The notes: a model not told the origin generated them from the letters alone. A DNA stretch of 64,000 nt from Longimicrobiales bacterium (GCA_965197725.1 CBDANQ010000060.1:1-64000); one strand, 5' to 3'; counted from the first letter of the stretch, positions 1 to 10,756 are shown. Translations and numbers: made by a program.

Positions 1-219
1 TCATCTGCTCGAACGCATCATCCCATTCTTCGAGAAGCATGAGTTGAAGACGAAGAAGCGAATCGACTTCCAGAAATTCCGGAAGGTTGTTCGGATGATG
101 GGTGAGGATCGGCATCTGATCACGGAGGGGGTCGAAGAGATCCGCCGTATCAAGGATCAGATGAACCGAGCGCAATCAAGATAAAGTCCGGCTCTATCGG
201 AAACGGTAGAGGTTAACCG
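1..219 (+). mobile_element. Group I intron (3' part) in 23S rRNA at position equivalent to E. coli 1931
   Basis: 23S sequence resumes at 220 with AGCGAAATTCCTTGTCGGGTAAGTTCC. The bases before it are not the expected GGTCCTAAGGT. They are an S element AAGATAAAGTCC (178-189), a P9-like hairpin CTCTATCG-GAAA-CGGTAGAG and a terminal G at 219. The 5' exon lies outside the window. Confidence 0.9.
2..184 (+). CDS. LAGLIDADG homing endonuclease, C-terminal part (5' end outside window)
   Basis: Manual translation HLLERIIPFFEKHELKTKKRIDFQKFRKVVRMMGEDRHLITEGVEEIRRIKDQMNRAQSR* matches the typical LAGLIDADG C-terminus (IIPFF..K..DF..F...HL..EG...I..I...MN). The stop codon overlaps the intron S element. 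Not in the ORF track. Confidence 0.85.
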   Translation, partial: HLLERIIPFFEKHELKTKKRIDFQKFRKVVRMMGEDRHLITEGVEEIRRIKDQMNRAQSR

Positions 220-1190
<971 letters not shown>

Positions 1191-1297
1191 CGGCTCCTCC
1201 AGCCTCCAGCCACTCACCATAGCTATGCCCCCGCTCGCGGGGATGTAGCCGCCGTTACAGCTAGGCTCTCATCTCTCTCGACCTCTGTTATCGCATT

Positions 1298-1415
1298 TGT
1301 CGGTGGCTATTGCGTGAGGGCGACACCCGTTCCCATCCCGAACACGGCCGTTAAGTCTCACCGCGCGGATGGTACTGCCGGGGTCGCCCGGTGGGAGAGT
1401 ACGTCGCTGCCGACT
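1298..1415 (+). rRNA. rrf: 5S rRNA
   Basis: ACACCCGTTCCCATCCCGAACACGG...GATGGTACTG...GGGAGAGTA with terminal stem GTCGGTGGC/GCTGCCGAC. Confidence 0.96.
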
Positions 1416-1423
1416 TACATAAG

Positions 1424-1460
1424 GAAACGACCCGTCCAGAATCGCTGGGCGGGTCGTTTC
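1424..1460 (+). terminator. rRNA operon terminator-like hairpin
   Basis: GAAACGACCCGTCCAG / CTGGGCGGGTCGTTTC inverted repeat directly after 5S. Confidence 0.75.
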
Positions 1461-1529
1461 TGTTGCCGCTACAATACTGGATGTGCGAGGCTCCACGACT
1501 GGGCCCGAACCCGTCCACTTTGTCTGAGA

Positions 1530-2471
1530 GTGCCGTTGCCCCCGGAGATCGCCAAGAGCACAACAACCCGCGCGGGCTACGTCACGCTCGTGGGGCGTCC
1601 CAATGCTGGGAAGTCGACGCTCCTGAACCGGCTCATTGGGGAACACCTCTCGATCGTGACCGCCAAGGCCCAGACGACCTGGCAGCGCGTGACGGGCATC
1701 CTCACGACCGGCTCAGACCAACTCATTTTTCTGGACACGCCGGGGCTGCTCGAAGTCCACGATCTGTTCCAGCGCGCGATGCTTGGCGCAGCGCTGCAGG
1801 CGCTGTCCGAAGCCGACGTCGTTCTGCTGGTGATCGATTCCACGCGGGAGCCCAGCCCTGAGGAGACAGCACGCATCGTTCATGCTGTCGAGGAGGCACG
1901 CGCGCCGATTCACGTCGCCGTGAACAAGATCGACGAGGCCAGCGAGGGCCAGGTGGGCGCTTGGACTGCCTGGCTCGCCGAGCACGTCCCGGGCGACATC
2001 CACAAGATCTCCGCGGCGGACGGGCGTGGCGTCGACGCGCTGCTCGCGGCCGTGCGCTCGGCGTTGCCCGAGGGCCCGTTCCTCTATCCCGAGGACGACA
2101 TAGCGTCGGACCCGGTGCGCTTCTTCGTCGCTGAGCTCGTGCGGGAGACGATCTTCGAGCAGTACCATCAGGAGATCCCCTATTCGGTCTTTTGTCAGGT
2201 GGAGGAGTACCGCGAGGGGCAGGACCCCATCTACATCCAGATGAACGTCTACGTGGAGCGGAAGTCCCAAAAGGGGATCCTCATCGGGAAAAAAGGTGTG
2301 GCGATCCGGGCGCTCGGTGAGCGGTCCCGTGACAAGATCGAGCACTTTCTCGATGCCCGTGTGTACCTCGATCTGTGGGTAAGACCGCTCAAGGCCTGGC
2401 GTAAGAACAGGGCCCACCTGAGCCAACTCGGCTTCCGCGTTCCGGAGGACGACGATGCACGCTTTCCGTAG
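1530..2471 (+). CDS. era: GTPase Era
   Basis: GRPNAGKSTL, DTPG, NKID and a C-terminal KH domain (SQKGILIGKKG). GTG start at 1530 inferred; the ORF track extends upstream into rRNA. Confidence 0.96.
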   Translation: MPLPPEIAKSTTTRAGYVTLVGRPNAGKSTLLNRLIGEHLSIVTAKAQTTWQRVTGILTTGSDQLIFLDTPGLLEVHDLFQRAMLGAALQALSEADVVLLVIDSTREPSPEETARIVHAVEEARAPIHVAVNKIDEASEGQVGAWTAWLAEHVPGDIHKISAADGRGVDALLAAVRSALPEGPFLYPEDDIASDPVRFFVAELVRETIFEQYHQEIPYSVFCQVEEYREGQDPIYIQMNVYVERKSQKGILIGKKGVAIRALGERSRDKIEHFLDARVYLDLWVRPLKAWRKNRAHLSQLGFRVPEDDDARFP

Positions 2472-3438
2472 TCTCCTGGCGCTGTCGCTGTCGCTGTGCA
2501 TGACGTTGCCCCTCGCGGCGCAGGACGGGAGTGAAGAGCCGGGTTCGACGGAAGGGGCTCTCTTTCTATTGCTCCCGGTCGGTGCCAAAGCTGTCTCGCT
2601 CGGGCGTGCGGTGACTCCTCTGGACGGGCCAGAATCGGCGTTCTGGAACCCGGCCGGTCTCGCGGCCGTCGATCAGAGTCAGGTCGTGCTGCTGCGCGGT
2701 GATCCCCTCGCCGGGACGTCGACGGCCTTTTCCGCGCTTTGGGCCCGCCCGGGTGTGGGCACTCTCGGCGTGTCGTACCAACTGCTCGACGTCGGAAGTC
2801 AGGATCTCAGGGACATCGACGGCAACGAGCTCGGCTCGATAAGCGTGCGCAATCACCTCGGGGTCGTGTCCGCGGCCGCACAGTTACTCGAGAGTGTCCG
2901 TCTGGGCGTCAACTTCAAAGTCGTCCAGTTCCGCCGCTCGTGCCGCGGCATCTGTTCGGATGCCGGCACGACCGCCACGACCTACGCGTTCGATGCCGGT
3001 GTGCAGGTCTTGCCCGCCGAGCGTCTGAAGATCGGGGCGATGCTGGCCCATATCGGCCCGCGGCTCCAGGTGCTCAACGCTGACCAGGCCGATCCGCTCC
3101 CTGCACGAGCACGCCTCGCGGTCGCCTACAACCTCATCGCCTTGCTCACGGACGATGAAGAACTCGGGGGTTGGCTCGCGGTGGAGGTCCAGGACCGGCT
3201 GCGTGAGCTGGGGTCTCTCTCCTTCTACCTCGGTACGGAGCTTACCGCAGGGGTGAGCGAAGCGCTCTTCCTGCGCGCCGGGTACGTGCTGGGCGACCTC
3301 GATCAAGAAGACGGCGCCCGCGTCGGGCTCGGCTTCCGCTATGAGCGCTTCGATCTGGCGATCGCCAAGTCTCTAGCCGTGTCCACGCTGACCGGCGAGA
3401 CCGAGCCGGTGCACGTCACCTTCTCGATCCGGTTCTAG
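2455..3438 (+). CDS. PorV/PorQ-family outer-membrane beta-barrel protein
   Basis: Signal peptide, FLLLPVGAKAVSLG..A..S.FWNPAGLA motif, alternating beta strands and C-terminal F. Confidence 0.75.
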   Translation: MHAFRSLLALSLSLCMTLPLAAQDGSEEPGSTEGALFLLLPVGAKAVSLGRAVTPLDGPESAFWNPAGLAAVDQSQVVLLRGDPLAGTSTAFSALWARPGVGTLGVSYQLLDVGSQDLRDIDGNELGSISVRNHLGVVSAAAQLLESVRLGVNFKVVQFRRSCRGICSDAGTTATTYAFDAGVQVLPAERLKIGAMLAHIGPRLQVLNADQADPLPARARLAVAYNLIALLTDDEELGGWLAVEVQDRLRELGSLSFYLGTELTAGVSEALFLRAGYVLGDLDQEDGARVGLGFRYERFDLAIAKSLAVSTLTGETEPVHVTFSIRF

Positions 3439-3685
3439 AAGCGTGATCGGAAAGGGGGGTGGGCCGCGCACATGGCCTACTCTGCTGCTTGTACTGGTGG
3501 CGGTGGCGGCGGTGCCCGCGGGCGCGGACGCCCAGGAGCGTCGATCCTGGTCGTGGCAGGCCGAGCCGCTCTTCGCCGCGAACTACCGGCAAGATCCAGC
3601 GACGGGCTGACCTGACCCCCTGAAACGAGACCAGGTGCAATGTTAGGATCGAGCTGGTCTGAAGCTTTTCAGCGAGGAGGTCAGG

Positions 3686-3964
3686 ATGGGAAGGAAGCGA
3701 CCCACTCCGGAGCAGATCATCACTGCACTGCGGGAGGCAGAGGTCGGTCTGGCCCGCGGCAAATCCGTGAAGCTGATCAGCCGGGAGCTCGGCATCACCG
3801 AGCAGACGTACTACCGGTGGAGGCGGGAGTACGGCGGGATGAAGGTGAGCCAGGCACGGCGCCTGAAGGAGCTCGAGCGCGAGAACGGGCGCCTGAAGCG
3901 AGCAGTGGCGGACTTGACACTGGACAAGCTGATCCTGGAGGAAGCAGCCGAGGGAAACTTCTGA
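3686..3964 (+). CDS. IS3 transposase OrfA
   Basis: HTH (LGITEQTYYRWRREYGG) and leucine zipper (RLKELERENGRLKR). Confidence 0.93.
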   Translation: MGRKRPTPEQIITALREAEVGLARGKSVKLISRELGITEQTYYRWRREYGGMKVSQARRLKELERENGRLKRAVADLTLDKLILEEAAEGNF

Positions 3965-4848
3965 GCCCCGAGCGCCGACGACGTTGTGTGGTGCGTGTAC
4001 GTCAGCAGCTCGGGGCGTCGGAGAGGAGAGCGTGCCGGGTGCTCGGGCAGCCACGCACGACCCAGCGCCGGGCGAGGAAAGTGGCGAGTGACGAGGGGGC
4101 GCTCCGAGGTGATATCGTGCGACTCGCGAGTCGATTCGGCCGCTACGGCTACCGACGCGTCACGGACATGCTCCGCATCGAGGGCTGGGGGGTGCACCAC
4201 AAGCGGGTGGAGCGGATCTGGAGGCAGGAGGGGCTGAAGGTCCCGCAGCGGCAGCCGAAGCGAGGTCGGCTGTGGCTCAACGACGGATCGTGCATCCGGC
4301 TGAGGCCGCTGTATCGGGGCCACGTCTGGTCGTACGACTTCGTGGCCTCGAGGACGCACGACGGGCGTGCGCTGAAGCTGCTGACAGTGCTGGACGAGCA
4401 CACGAGGGAGTGCCTGGCGATCGTGGTGGCTCGCAAGATCCGCTCGCACGACGTGCTCGAGGTGCTGGCCGATCTGTTCGTCCGACACGGGCCTCCCGAG
4501 TATCTGAGGTCGGACAACGGAGCGGAGTTCACCGCGAAGCTCGTGCGGCGGTGGTTGGGGCGCGTGGGCGTCGAGACGCTCTTTATCGAGCCGGGCAGCC
4601 CGTGGGAGAACGGCTACAACGAGAGCTTCAACGGCAAGCTCAGGGACGAGCTGTTGAACGGGGAGATCTTCTACTCGTTGGCGGAGGCGGCCGTGCTGGT
4701 CGAGCAATGGAGGCGCGAGTACAATACCGTCCGACCCCACAGCGCCTGCGGCGGCTTTCCCCCGGCCCCTGAGGCGATTAAGCCGTCGCCCTGGTTCTTG
4801 AGGATGCCCGTCCTTCACGGCCCTCCACAGGTGCTGGGACTAACATAG
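3961..4848 (+). CDS. IS3 transposase OrfB (DDE), probably reached by -1 frameshift
   Basis: WSYDF, LRSDNGAEF, PGSPWENGYNESFNGKLRDE. Confidence 0.93.
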   Translation: MSPERRRRCVVRVRQQLGASERRACRVLGQPRTTQRRARKVASDEGALRGDIVRLASRFGRYGYRRVTDMLRIEGWGVHHKRVERIWRQEGLKVPQRQPKRGRLWLNDGSCIRLRPLYRGHVWSYDFVASRTHDGRALKLLTVLDEHTRECLAIVVARKIRSHDVLEVLADLFVRHGPPEYLRSDNGAEFTAKLVRRWLGRVGVETLFIEPGSPWENGYNESFNGKLRDELLNGEIFYSLAEAAVLVEQWRREYNTVRPHSACGGFPPAPEAIKPSPWFLRMPVLHGPPQVLGLT

Positions 4849-5529
4849 GATGTGGTACCCGCTCTTGGGGGCAGGTCAGGGCCCCGTCAGTCACACGCTG
4901 CTGTCTCTTTCACTACCAGGACTTGGTCAGCATCGGCAGGGCAAGTCGAGGAAATGGATCTTCGCCGGGCTCGAGGTCGTCGCCTGGTCGGTTTACCTCG
5001 AGCGGCGCTCGGCGGGCGGCGCCTTGCGCAACGACTACCGGGACTTCGCCTGGGAAGAGGGCCGGCTCCAAGCGGGAACCCGAGTGGACGGGGACTTCGA
5101 CTACTACGAGACGCTCAGCAAGTGGAACCGGTCGGGCGCCTTTGACCGCGATGCAGTCTCGGGTGGCCTCCAACCCGAAGAGGACCCGGCGACGTTCAAC
5201 GGTATGATCTGGATCAGAGCCCAAGGCATTTTCCTCGGAGGTGGCGGACAGCCGGGGGATCCCGGCTACGCTGAGGCTCTCGAGTTCTATGAGGCGCGCG
5301 CCTACCAAGCCGAGTTCCTGTGGGACTGGAGCCGTAGTCCTGCCGGCCGGGTGCGATTGGGGGAGCTGATCTCGGAGAGCGACAGCCGATTTCGGACAGC
5401 GACGACCGCGGTCGGTATCGTGATCGCGAACCACCTCGTGTCGGCCGTCGATGCCTTTCTAGGGTCGCATGGCATCGCTTCCCGGGCGAACATCGACTTC
5501 GCGCCCCGCTGGACTCAGGGGGGCGGCGG

Positions 5530-7698
5530 GTGGTCGGCGAGGCTCAGCGTTCCCAGCGGCCGTTGAGCCGTCGCGGGCGGGGCTCCGAGAGCGGCGAGGC
5601 CACAGTCCTGGAAGTCTTGGCGGCGTCGACGCGGGGCCCCCTCAAGCCCAAAGAGATCGCCCGCGCCGCAGGCGCGGCGAAGAGCGAGTACAGGCGCTTC
5701 CGGCGGCTGCTGACCGGCCTGGAACGGGCCGGCAAGATCTATCGCGTGAAGGGCCACCGGTATGCGCTCTCCGGAAGCCTCGAGCTCAGTCCCGGCATCG
5801 TGTCGCTGACCCGTGCGGGCGACGCTTTCGTCCGTCCCGACGCGGGCGGTGGCGACCTCTTCGTGCCGGCGGCACACCTCGCGACCGCCATGGACGGCGA
5901 CCACGTCGTGACACGCATCGAGGCGCGGCCGCGCGGCCGGAGCCCGGTTGCCCGAGTCATCAAGGTCCTCGAGCGTGCCCGGGAAACGATCGTAGGCACG
6001 TTTCACGGCTCCCGGCGGTTCGACTACGTCGTGCCCATGGATGGTCGCCTCTCGAAGGACGTGCTCGTGCCCAGCGACGCCGCCGGGGAAGCAACGGACG
6101 GAGATGTCGTCGTCGTCCGGCTCGACTCGTATGGAGAGGGTAGGGTAGGCCCGGTAGGCACGGTTGTGAAAGTCCTCGGTTCACTGTCGGATTCCGGGGT
6201 CGACATTTTGGCTGTCGCTCATGGTTTCGGCCTCTCTTCCGATTTCCCGCCGGCCGTGACGGCAGCGGCCCAGGAGGCCGCCGAGCGGGGCATGGAGGAG
6301 ATCACGGAGGAGTGGATCGACCGCACCGACATGTTGGTCTTTACGATCGACCCCGCGGACGCAAGAGATCACGACGACGCGCTGTCGGTAACCGAGCTCG
6401 GAGCGGGGCGCTTCGAGGTCGGCGTGCATATTGCCGACGTGTCCCACTTCGTGCCGGAGGGAGGGGCGATCGACGTCGAGGCGCTGGCGCGCGGAACCAG
6501 TGTCTATCTGGTGGACCGCACGATCCCCATGCTCCCCGAGGCGCTCTCCGCGGACGTGTGCTCCCTGAGAGGGGGAGTCGACCGACTCGCCGTATCGGTC
6601 TTCATCGAGCTCGACACGTCGGGCCAAGTCCATGGGCGTCGCTACGAACGGACACGGATCCGATGCTCGGACGGGTTGTCGTATGAGCAGGTCCAGGCGG
6701 TACTGGATGGCGCGGGCGCGACCTCGCCGTCCGTCGACCAGGCAATCCGGTCCCTCGACGACGTCGCGCGTGGCGTCAGGGCGGTACGCGAGCAGCGCGG
6801 GGCGCTCGACCTCGACATACCAGAGGCCCGCGTCGTGCTCGACGAACGTGGTCATCCCGTCGACATTCGCAGGAGGGAGCGACTGGAAAGCCACCGACTC
6901 ATCGAGGATTTCATGGTGCTCGCCAACGAGGTGGTGGCGGGTGACATGGAGGCCCGCGGCGTCCGAGCGCTATATCGCGTGCACGAGCCGCCGTCCCGGG
7001 AGCGGGCCGATGAGCTGCGCGAACTGCTCGGACGGATCGGGCATCGCCTCCCGATCGGTAAGTCGCTGACACCACGAGATCTGCAGCACCTCCTACAGGC
7101 CGTACGCGGTCGTCATGAGGCCACGCTCGTCTCCACCATCGTCTTACGCTCCTTGGCGAAGGCGCGCTACGACGCCAAGAACCTAGGCCATTTCGGCCTA
7201 GCGTCGCCCGCGTACCTGCACTTCACGAGTCCCATCCGGCGCTATCCGGACCTCGTGGTCCATCGAGAGGTCACGCGCTCTCTGATCGGCCGGGAGCCCC
7301 CACGCGCCTGGGAACCCGGCGAGCTCGCTTCGATCGCCGATCACGCGAGTGCGCTGGAGCAGGCTGCCGCGGAGGCCGAGCGGGCTTCGGTAGCGCTGAA
7401 GAAAGTGGAGTTCATGGAACGTCACCTCGGCGACGAGTTCGATGGGAGGATTTCCGGGGTCGCCGCCTTCGGGTTCTGCGTGACTCTCGACCGGTACTTC
7501 GTCGACGGGCTGGTGCATGTAAACAGCCTGAGGGACGACTTCTACCGGCTGCGTGAGGAGAGCTACGCACTCGTGGGTGACGGGGGGCGCCGCACGTACC
7601 GGCTGGGGGATCGCGTTCGGGTGCAGGTCGTGCGGGTCGACAAGGAGGCCCGTCATGTGGACTTCCTACTGATGCGCGCACTTCCCAACGCTGATTGA
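5530..7698 (+). CDS. rnr: Ribonuclease R
   Basis: N-terminal HTH and CSD domains, RNB motifs TIDPADARDHDDALS and HFTSPIRRYPDL, C-terminal S1 domain. Confidence 0.95.
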   Translation: MVGEAQRSQRPLSRRGRGSESGEATVLEVLAASTRGPLKPKEIARAAGAAKSEYRRFRRLLTGLERAGKIYRVKGHRYALSGSLELSPGIVSLTRAGDAFVRPDAGGGDLFVPAAHLATAMDGDHVVTRIEARPRGRSPVARVIKVLERARETIVGTFHGSRRFDYVVPMDGRLSKDVLVPSDAAGEATDGDVVVVRLDSYGEGRVGPVGTVVKVLGSLSDSGVDILAVAHGFGLSSDFPPAVTAAAQEAAERGMEEITEEWIDRTDMLVFTIDPADARDHDDALSVTELGAGRFEVGVHIADVSHFVPEGGAIDVEALARGTSVYLVDRTIPMLPEALSADVCSLRGGVDRLAVSVFIELDTSGQVHGRRYERTRIRCSDGLSYEQVQAVLDGAGATSPSVDQAIRSLDDVARGVRAVREQRGALDLDIPEARVVLDERGHPVDIRRRERLESHRLIEDFMVLANEVVAGDMEARGVRALYRVHEPPSRERADELRELLGRIGHRLPIGKSLTPRDLQHLLQAVRGRHEATLVSTIVLRSLAKARYDAKNLGHFGLASPAYLHFTSPIRRYPDLVVHREVTRSLIGREPPRAWEPGELASIADHASALEQAAAEAERASVALKKVEFMERHLGDEFDGRISGVAAFGFCVTLDRYFVDGLVHVNSLRDDFYRLREESYALVGDGGRRTYRLGDRVRVQVVRVDKEARHVDFLLMRALPNAD

Positions 7699-7724
7699 CA
7701 CCGCCCTCGCGCCTACGGTAACCT
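7695..7724 (+). promoter_or_regulatory. Putative sigma70 promoter for the GGDEF gene
   Basis: TTGACA-18 bp-TAACCT upstream of the ATG at 7758. Confidence 0.45.
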
Positions 7725-7757
7725 AGCGTCCGGCCCTGCTCCCCCGCGCGAGGTTCT

Positions 7758-8756
7758 ATGGCTTCCGACAAGACCGTTTTCTACTTCGGTCCCGGTTGCA
7801 CGGACCCCTCTCCGATCGTCTCTCGCTTCACCGAGGAGAACGAGCTGGAGGTCGTCCGTGTGGATCAGGCCGTCGAACTCCGAGCGTTGCTGCACCGGAC
7901 TATGCCGGCGTGCGTCGTCATGGAGACCGGACCGGACTCTGCGGACATCGTGGAGGCCGTTCGTATCCTCAAGGAAGACTCTTTCACGAGGATCGTGCCG
8001 GTGGCGGTAGTGCTGAGGGGCGGTGACAGGGGCGCGTCGGACCTGCTGGCGGTCGGTGCCGACGAGGTACTGCACGACGGCACGGCAGAGCGGGAGAAGC
8101 GGCTCAGGCTCGACCAGGTTCTCAAACGAGCGGATCGAGACGTCTCCGTACATCCGACCACGCGTCTTCCCGGCACCACCCACATCGCGCGGGACATGCA
8201 GGCGCGGCTCGAGACGTCGGAGCCATTCGGCGTCTGCTACGCGGACCTCGATCACTTCAAGGAGTTCAACGACCGCTACGGGTACGCGTACGGAGACGGG
8301 GTGATCCGGATGCTATCGCGTATTCTGAGGGACTCGGTCCGCGGCTTGGCACCGGGTGGGTTCGTGGGGCACATCGGCGGGGACGACTTTATCTTGAACG
8401 TGCCCATGGAGTACTTGGAGGGGACCTGTGACGAGATCATCTCCGTCTTCGACGAGCTGATCCCTTACCAGTACACCGAGGAAGATCGTCGCGCGGGCTA
8501 TTTTCTTGGCAAGGACCGTCGCGGCGCCGTCCACCGCGTTCCGCTCATGTCGCTGTCGATCGGCGTCGTGACCAATCAGTTCCAGACATTCGATCATCCA
8601 GGTATGATCAGTGAGCTCGCGGCGGAGATGAAGACGTTTGCGAAATCTCTGCCCGGCTCGAAATACGTTGTGGACCGGCGCCACAAGCCGCCCACTATGG
8701 AGACCGCCTCCGCGAGCGAGGCGGAGAGGCTGGCAGGCACTGAGTCGTCCAGTTAA
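7758..8756 (+). CDS. Diguanylate cyclase with degenerate receiver-like N-terminus
   Basis: DLDHFKEFNDRYG...GD and GGDDF motifs. Confidence 0.88.
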   Translation: MASDKTVFYFGPGCTDPSPIVSRFTEENELEVVRVDQAVELRALLHRTMPACVVMETGPDSADIVEAVRILKEDSFTRIVPVAVVLRGGDRGASDLLAVGADEVLHDGTAEREKRLRLDQVLKRADRDVSVHPTTRLPGTTHIARDMQARLETSEPFGVCYADLDHFKEFNDRYGYAYGDGVIRMLSRILRDSVRGLAPGGFVGHIGGDDFILNVPMEYLEGTCDEIISVFDELIPYQYTEEDRRAGYFLGKDRRGAVHRVPLMSLSIGVVTNQFQTFDHPGMISELAAEMKTFAKSLPGSKYVVDRRHKPPTMETASASEAERLAGTESSS

Positions 8757-8786
8757 CCCGAAGAGCACACCTGAACCAATCCTATC

Positions 8787-9608
8787 ATGGTCATCCAGAT
8801 CCAATGCCCGTCCTGCTCTGCGTCCTTTCCGGTCGATCCCGACAAGATCCCGGAGGCGGGGGTCAAGGCTCGCTGCAGCTCCTGTGGTCATGCCTTCCGC
8901 GTAGAGCGGCCCTTATCGATCGACGACCTAGCGCCCGATGCGACGTCGGAGGTGGCTACCGAGCCGGAGGCTGAGGTCGAACCAGAGCCGGAGGTCGAAC
9001 CAGAGCCTGAGCCCGCCGCCGAGCCAGAGCGCGAGGTCGCCGACGAGCCAGAGCCTCAATTCGCTGGCGAGCCGGAAGAAGAGATCACTGCCGACTTCAG
9101 TACGGAGGCACCGGCGGAGCCGGACCTCTCAATTGAAGCGGAAGACGACGATGCCGCCGACGAAGCGCCGGCCCCGAGCTCGTTCTTCAGCGGGGGCGCG
9201 CCGGCGGCTGCGGCAGAAGCACCTGCCCAGGAATCCGTGTCGGAGGATGCCGGGACGGCAGCGGTCGAGCATGCGGCGCCAGCGGTCGAGGATGCGGCCG
9301 TCGAAGAAGCACCGCCTGAGGAGCCCGCCCCGAAAGCCAGCGGTTTCTCCTTCGGCAAGAGGGATCCCAAGGACAAGGCGAAGCGCCTCGCGAGAGTTCT
9401 CGTGTCCGACATGACGATGTACAACGCCGACCTACACGAGTCTGCGCTCGCCAAGGGCACGCTGAAGGAGGACTTCGAGGAGGAAATCGACAGATCCTGG
9501 AAGGAGTACGTGGAGCAGGTTGGAGCCGAGATGGCCGAGGGAGACGGCGAGGAGTTCTGGCGCCAGGCGCTCAACGACGTGCTCGCGAAGGGCGAACAGC
9601 TCTTCTAG
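8787..9608 (+). CDS. Zinc-ribbon (MJ0042-like) protein with acidic Pro/Glu/Ala linker and helical C-terminal domain
   Basis: CPSC...CSSC at the N-terminus, EPE repeats, and C-terminal AKRLARVLVSDM..YN. Confidence 0.8.
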   Translation: MVIQIQCPSCSASFPVDPDKIPEAGVKARCSSCGHAFRVERPLSIDDLAPDATSEVATEPEAEVEPEPEVEPEPEPAAEPEREVADEPEPQFAGEPEEEITADFSTEAPAEPDLSIEAEDDDAADEAPAPSSFFSGGAPAAAAEAPAQESVSEDAGTAAVEHAAPAVEDAAVEEAPPEEPAPKASGFSFGKRDPKDKAKRLARVLVSDMTMYNADLHESALAKGTLKEDFEEEIDRSWKEYVEQVGAEMAEGDGEEFWRQALNDVLAKGEQLF

Positions 9609-9645
9609 CTCCCCGGCGAAAGTCCCCCAAAACGCATGGTGTGCG

Positions 9646-10756
9646 ATGAACAAGGACCAGCTACAGCAGCTCGAGAATCTCGGCGACACCGTCCGGGAGC
9701 TCAGGGGGTACCTTTGACCTCGACGCACGTCAGGAGCGCCTGAAGTCGCTCGATTCCGAAATGGCTCAGCCCGGTTTCTGGGACAACCAAGAGCTGGCAA
9801 AGGCCGTCATCGACGAATCCAATAGTATCAAGGGCTGGCTCGAGCCCTGGCGAGCGCTCGATGGCCGAGTGTCGGATTTGCGCGCCCTGATCGAGCTGCT
9901 CGAGGAGGAGGACGACGCAGAGCTCGCGGCCGAGTTCGGCAGCGGTGTCGCCGACCTCGCGAAGGGAGTCGAGGCTCTAGAGCTACGTACCATGCTCCAG
10001 GGCGAAGACGACCATCGGGGGGCGATCGTAACGATCCATCCGGGGGCTGGTGGGCTCGAGTCCCAGGACTGGGCCCAGATGCTGATGCGCATGTACACGC
10101 GATGGGCCGAGCGGGGTGGCTTCACGGTCAATGTTCTCGACCTCCAGCCGGCGGAGGAGGCGGGAATCAAGAACGCGACGCTCGAGATCAATGGAGAGCG
10201 TGCGTACGGATTCCTCAAGGCTGAAGGCGGCGTTCACCGCCTCGTGCGTATCTCGCCCTGCGACGCGCAGGCTCGCCGGCACACCTCGTTCGCGAGCGTC
10301 TTCATCTATCCCCAGGTGGACGACAGCATCGACATCGAGATCGACGACGGCGACCTCCGTGTCGACACGTACCGTGCGTCCGGCGCCGGAGGACAGCACG
10401 TGAACAAGACCGATTCCGCGGTCCGTCTCACGCACGCACCGACCGGGATCGTGGTCCAGTGCCAGCAGGAGCGCTCGCAGCACAAGAACCGCGCGACCGC
10501 GATGAAGATGCTGCGGGCCCGCCTGTACCAGCACGCGCTGGAAGAGAAAGAGAAGGAGCTAGCGGCGCTCGAGGCGAAGAAGACCGATATCGGTTTCGGG
10601 AACCAGATTCGGTCTTACGTTTTCCAACCGTACACGATGGTCAATGACCACAGGACCGAGCTCAAGATCACGGACGTCCAGTCCGTGATGGACGGCGCGA
10701 TCAATCCGTTCATCGAAGCCTATCTGAAAATGTTGGGCGCGGTGTCTTCGTCGTAG
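9646..10756 (+). CDS. prfB: Peptide chain release factor 2 (programmed +1 frameshift)
   Basis: ATG at 9646, CTT TGA C at 9712-9718, GGQ motif (SGAGGQHVN), and VHRLVRISPC in place of the usual SPF. Confidence 0.97.
9703..9718 (+). promoter_or_regulatory. prfB +1 frameshift signal
   Basis: Internal SD AGGGGG followed by TAC CTT TGA C, the canonical RF2 autoregulatory site. Confidence 0.95.

Larger units (their letters stand above)
3608..4878 (+). mobile_element. IS3-family insertion sequence (IS407-like group)
   Basis: TG...CA ends, imperfect IRs TGACCTGACCCCC / GGGGGCAGGTCA, 4-bp target duplication GGGC (3604-3607, 4879-4882), and orfA/orfB with a GGGAAAC slip site. Confidence 0.95.
3443..5566 (+). 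pseudogene. Exported/membrane hypothetical protein interrupted by IS3
   Basis: 5' part 3443-3607 (signal peptide WPTLLLVLVAVAAVPAGADA-Q...DPATG) joins in frame to the 3' part from 4883 (PVSHTLLSLSLPGLGQ...) once the IS and one GGGC copy are removed. Confidence 0.85.

Noticed and set aside
8960..9330. GAGCCRGAG-type repeats as a DNA repeat array or CRISPR
   Set aside because: They are coding low-complexity Glu/Pro/Ala linker repeats with no spacer structure.
9703..9718. In-frame stop in prfB as a pseudogene or novelty
   Set aside because: Canonical programmed +1 frameshift, well known.
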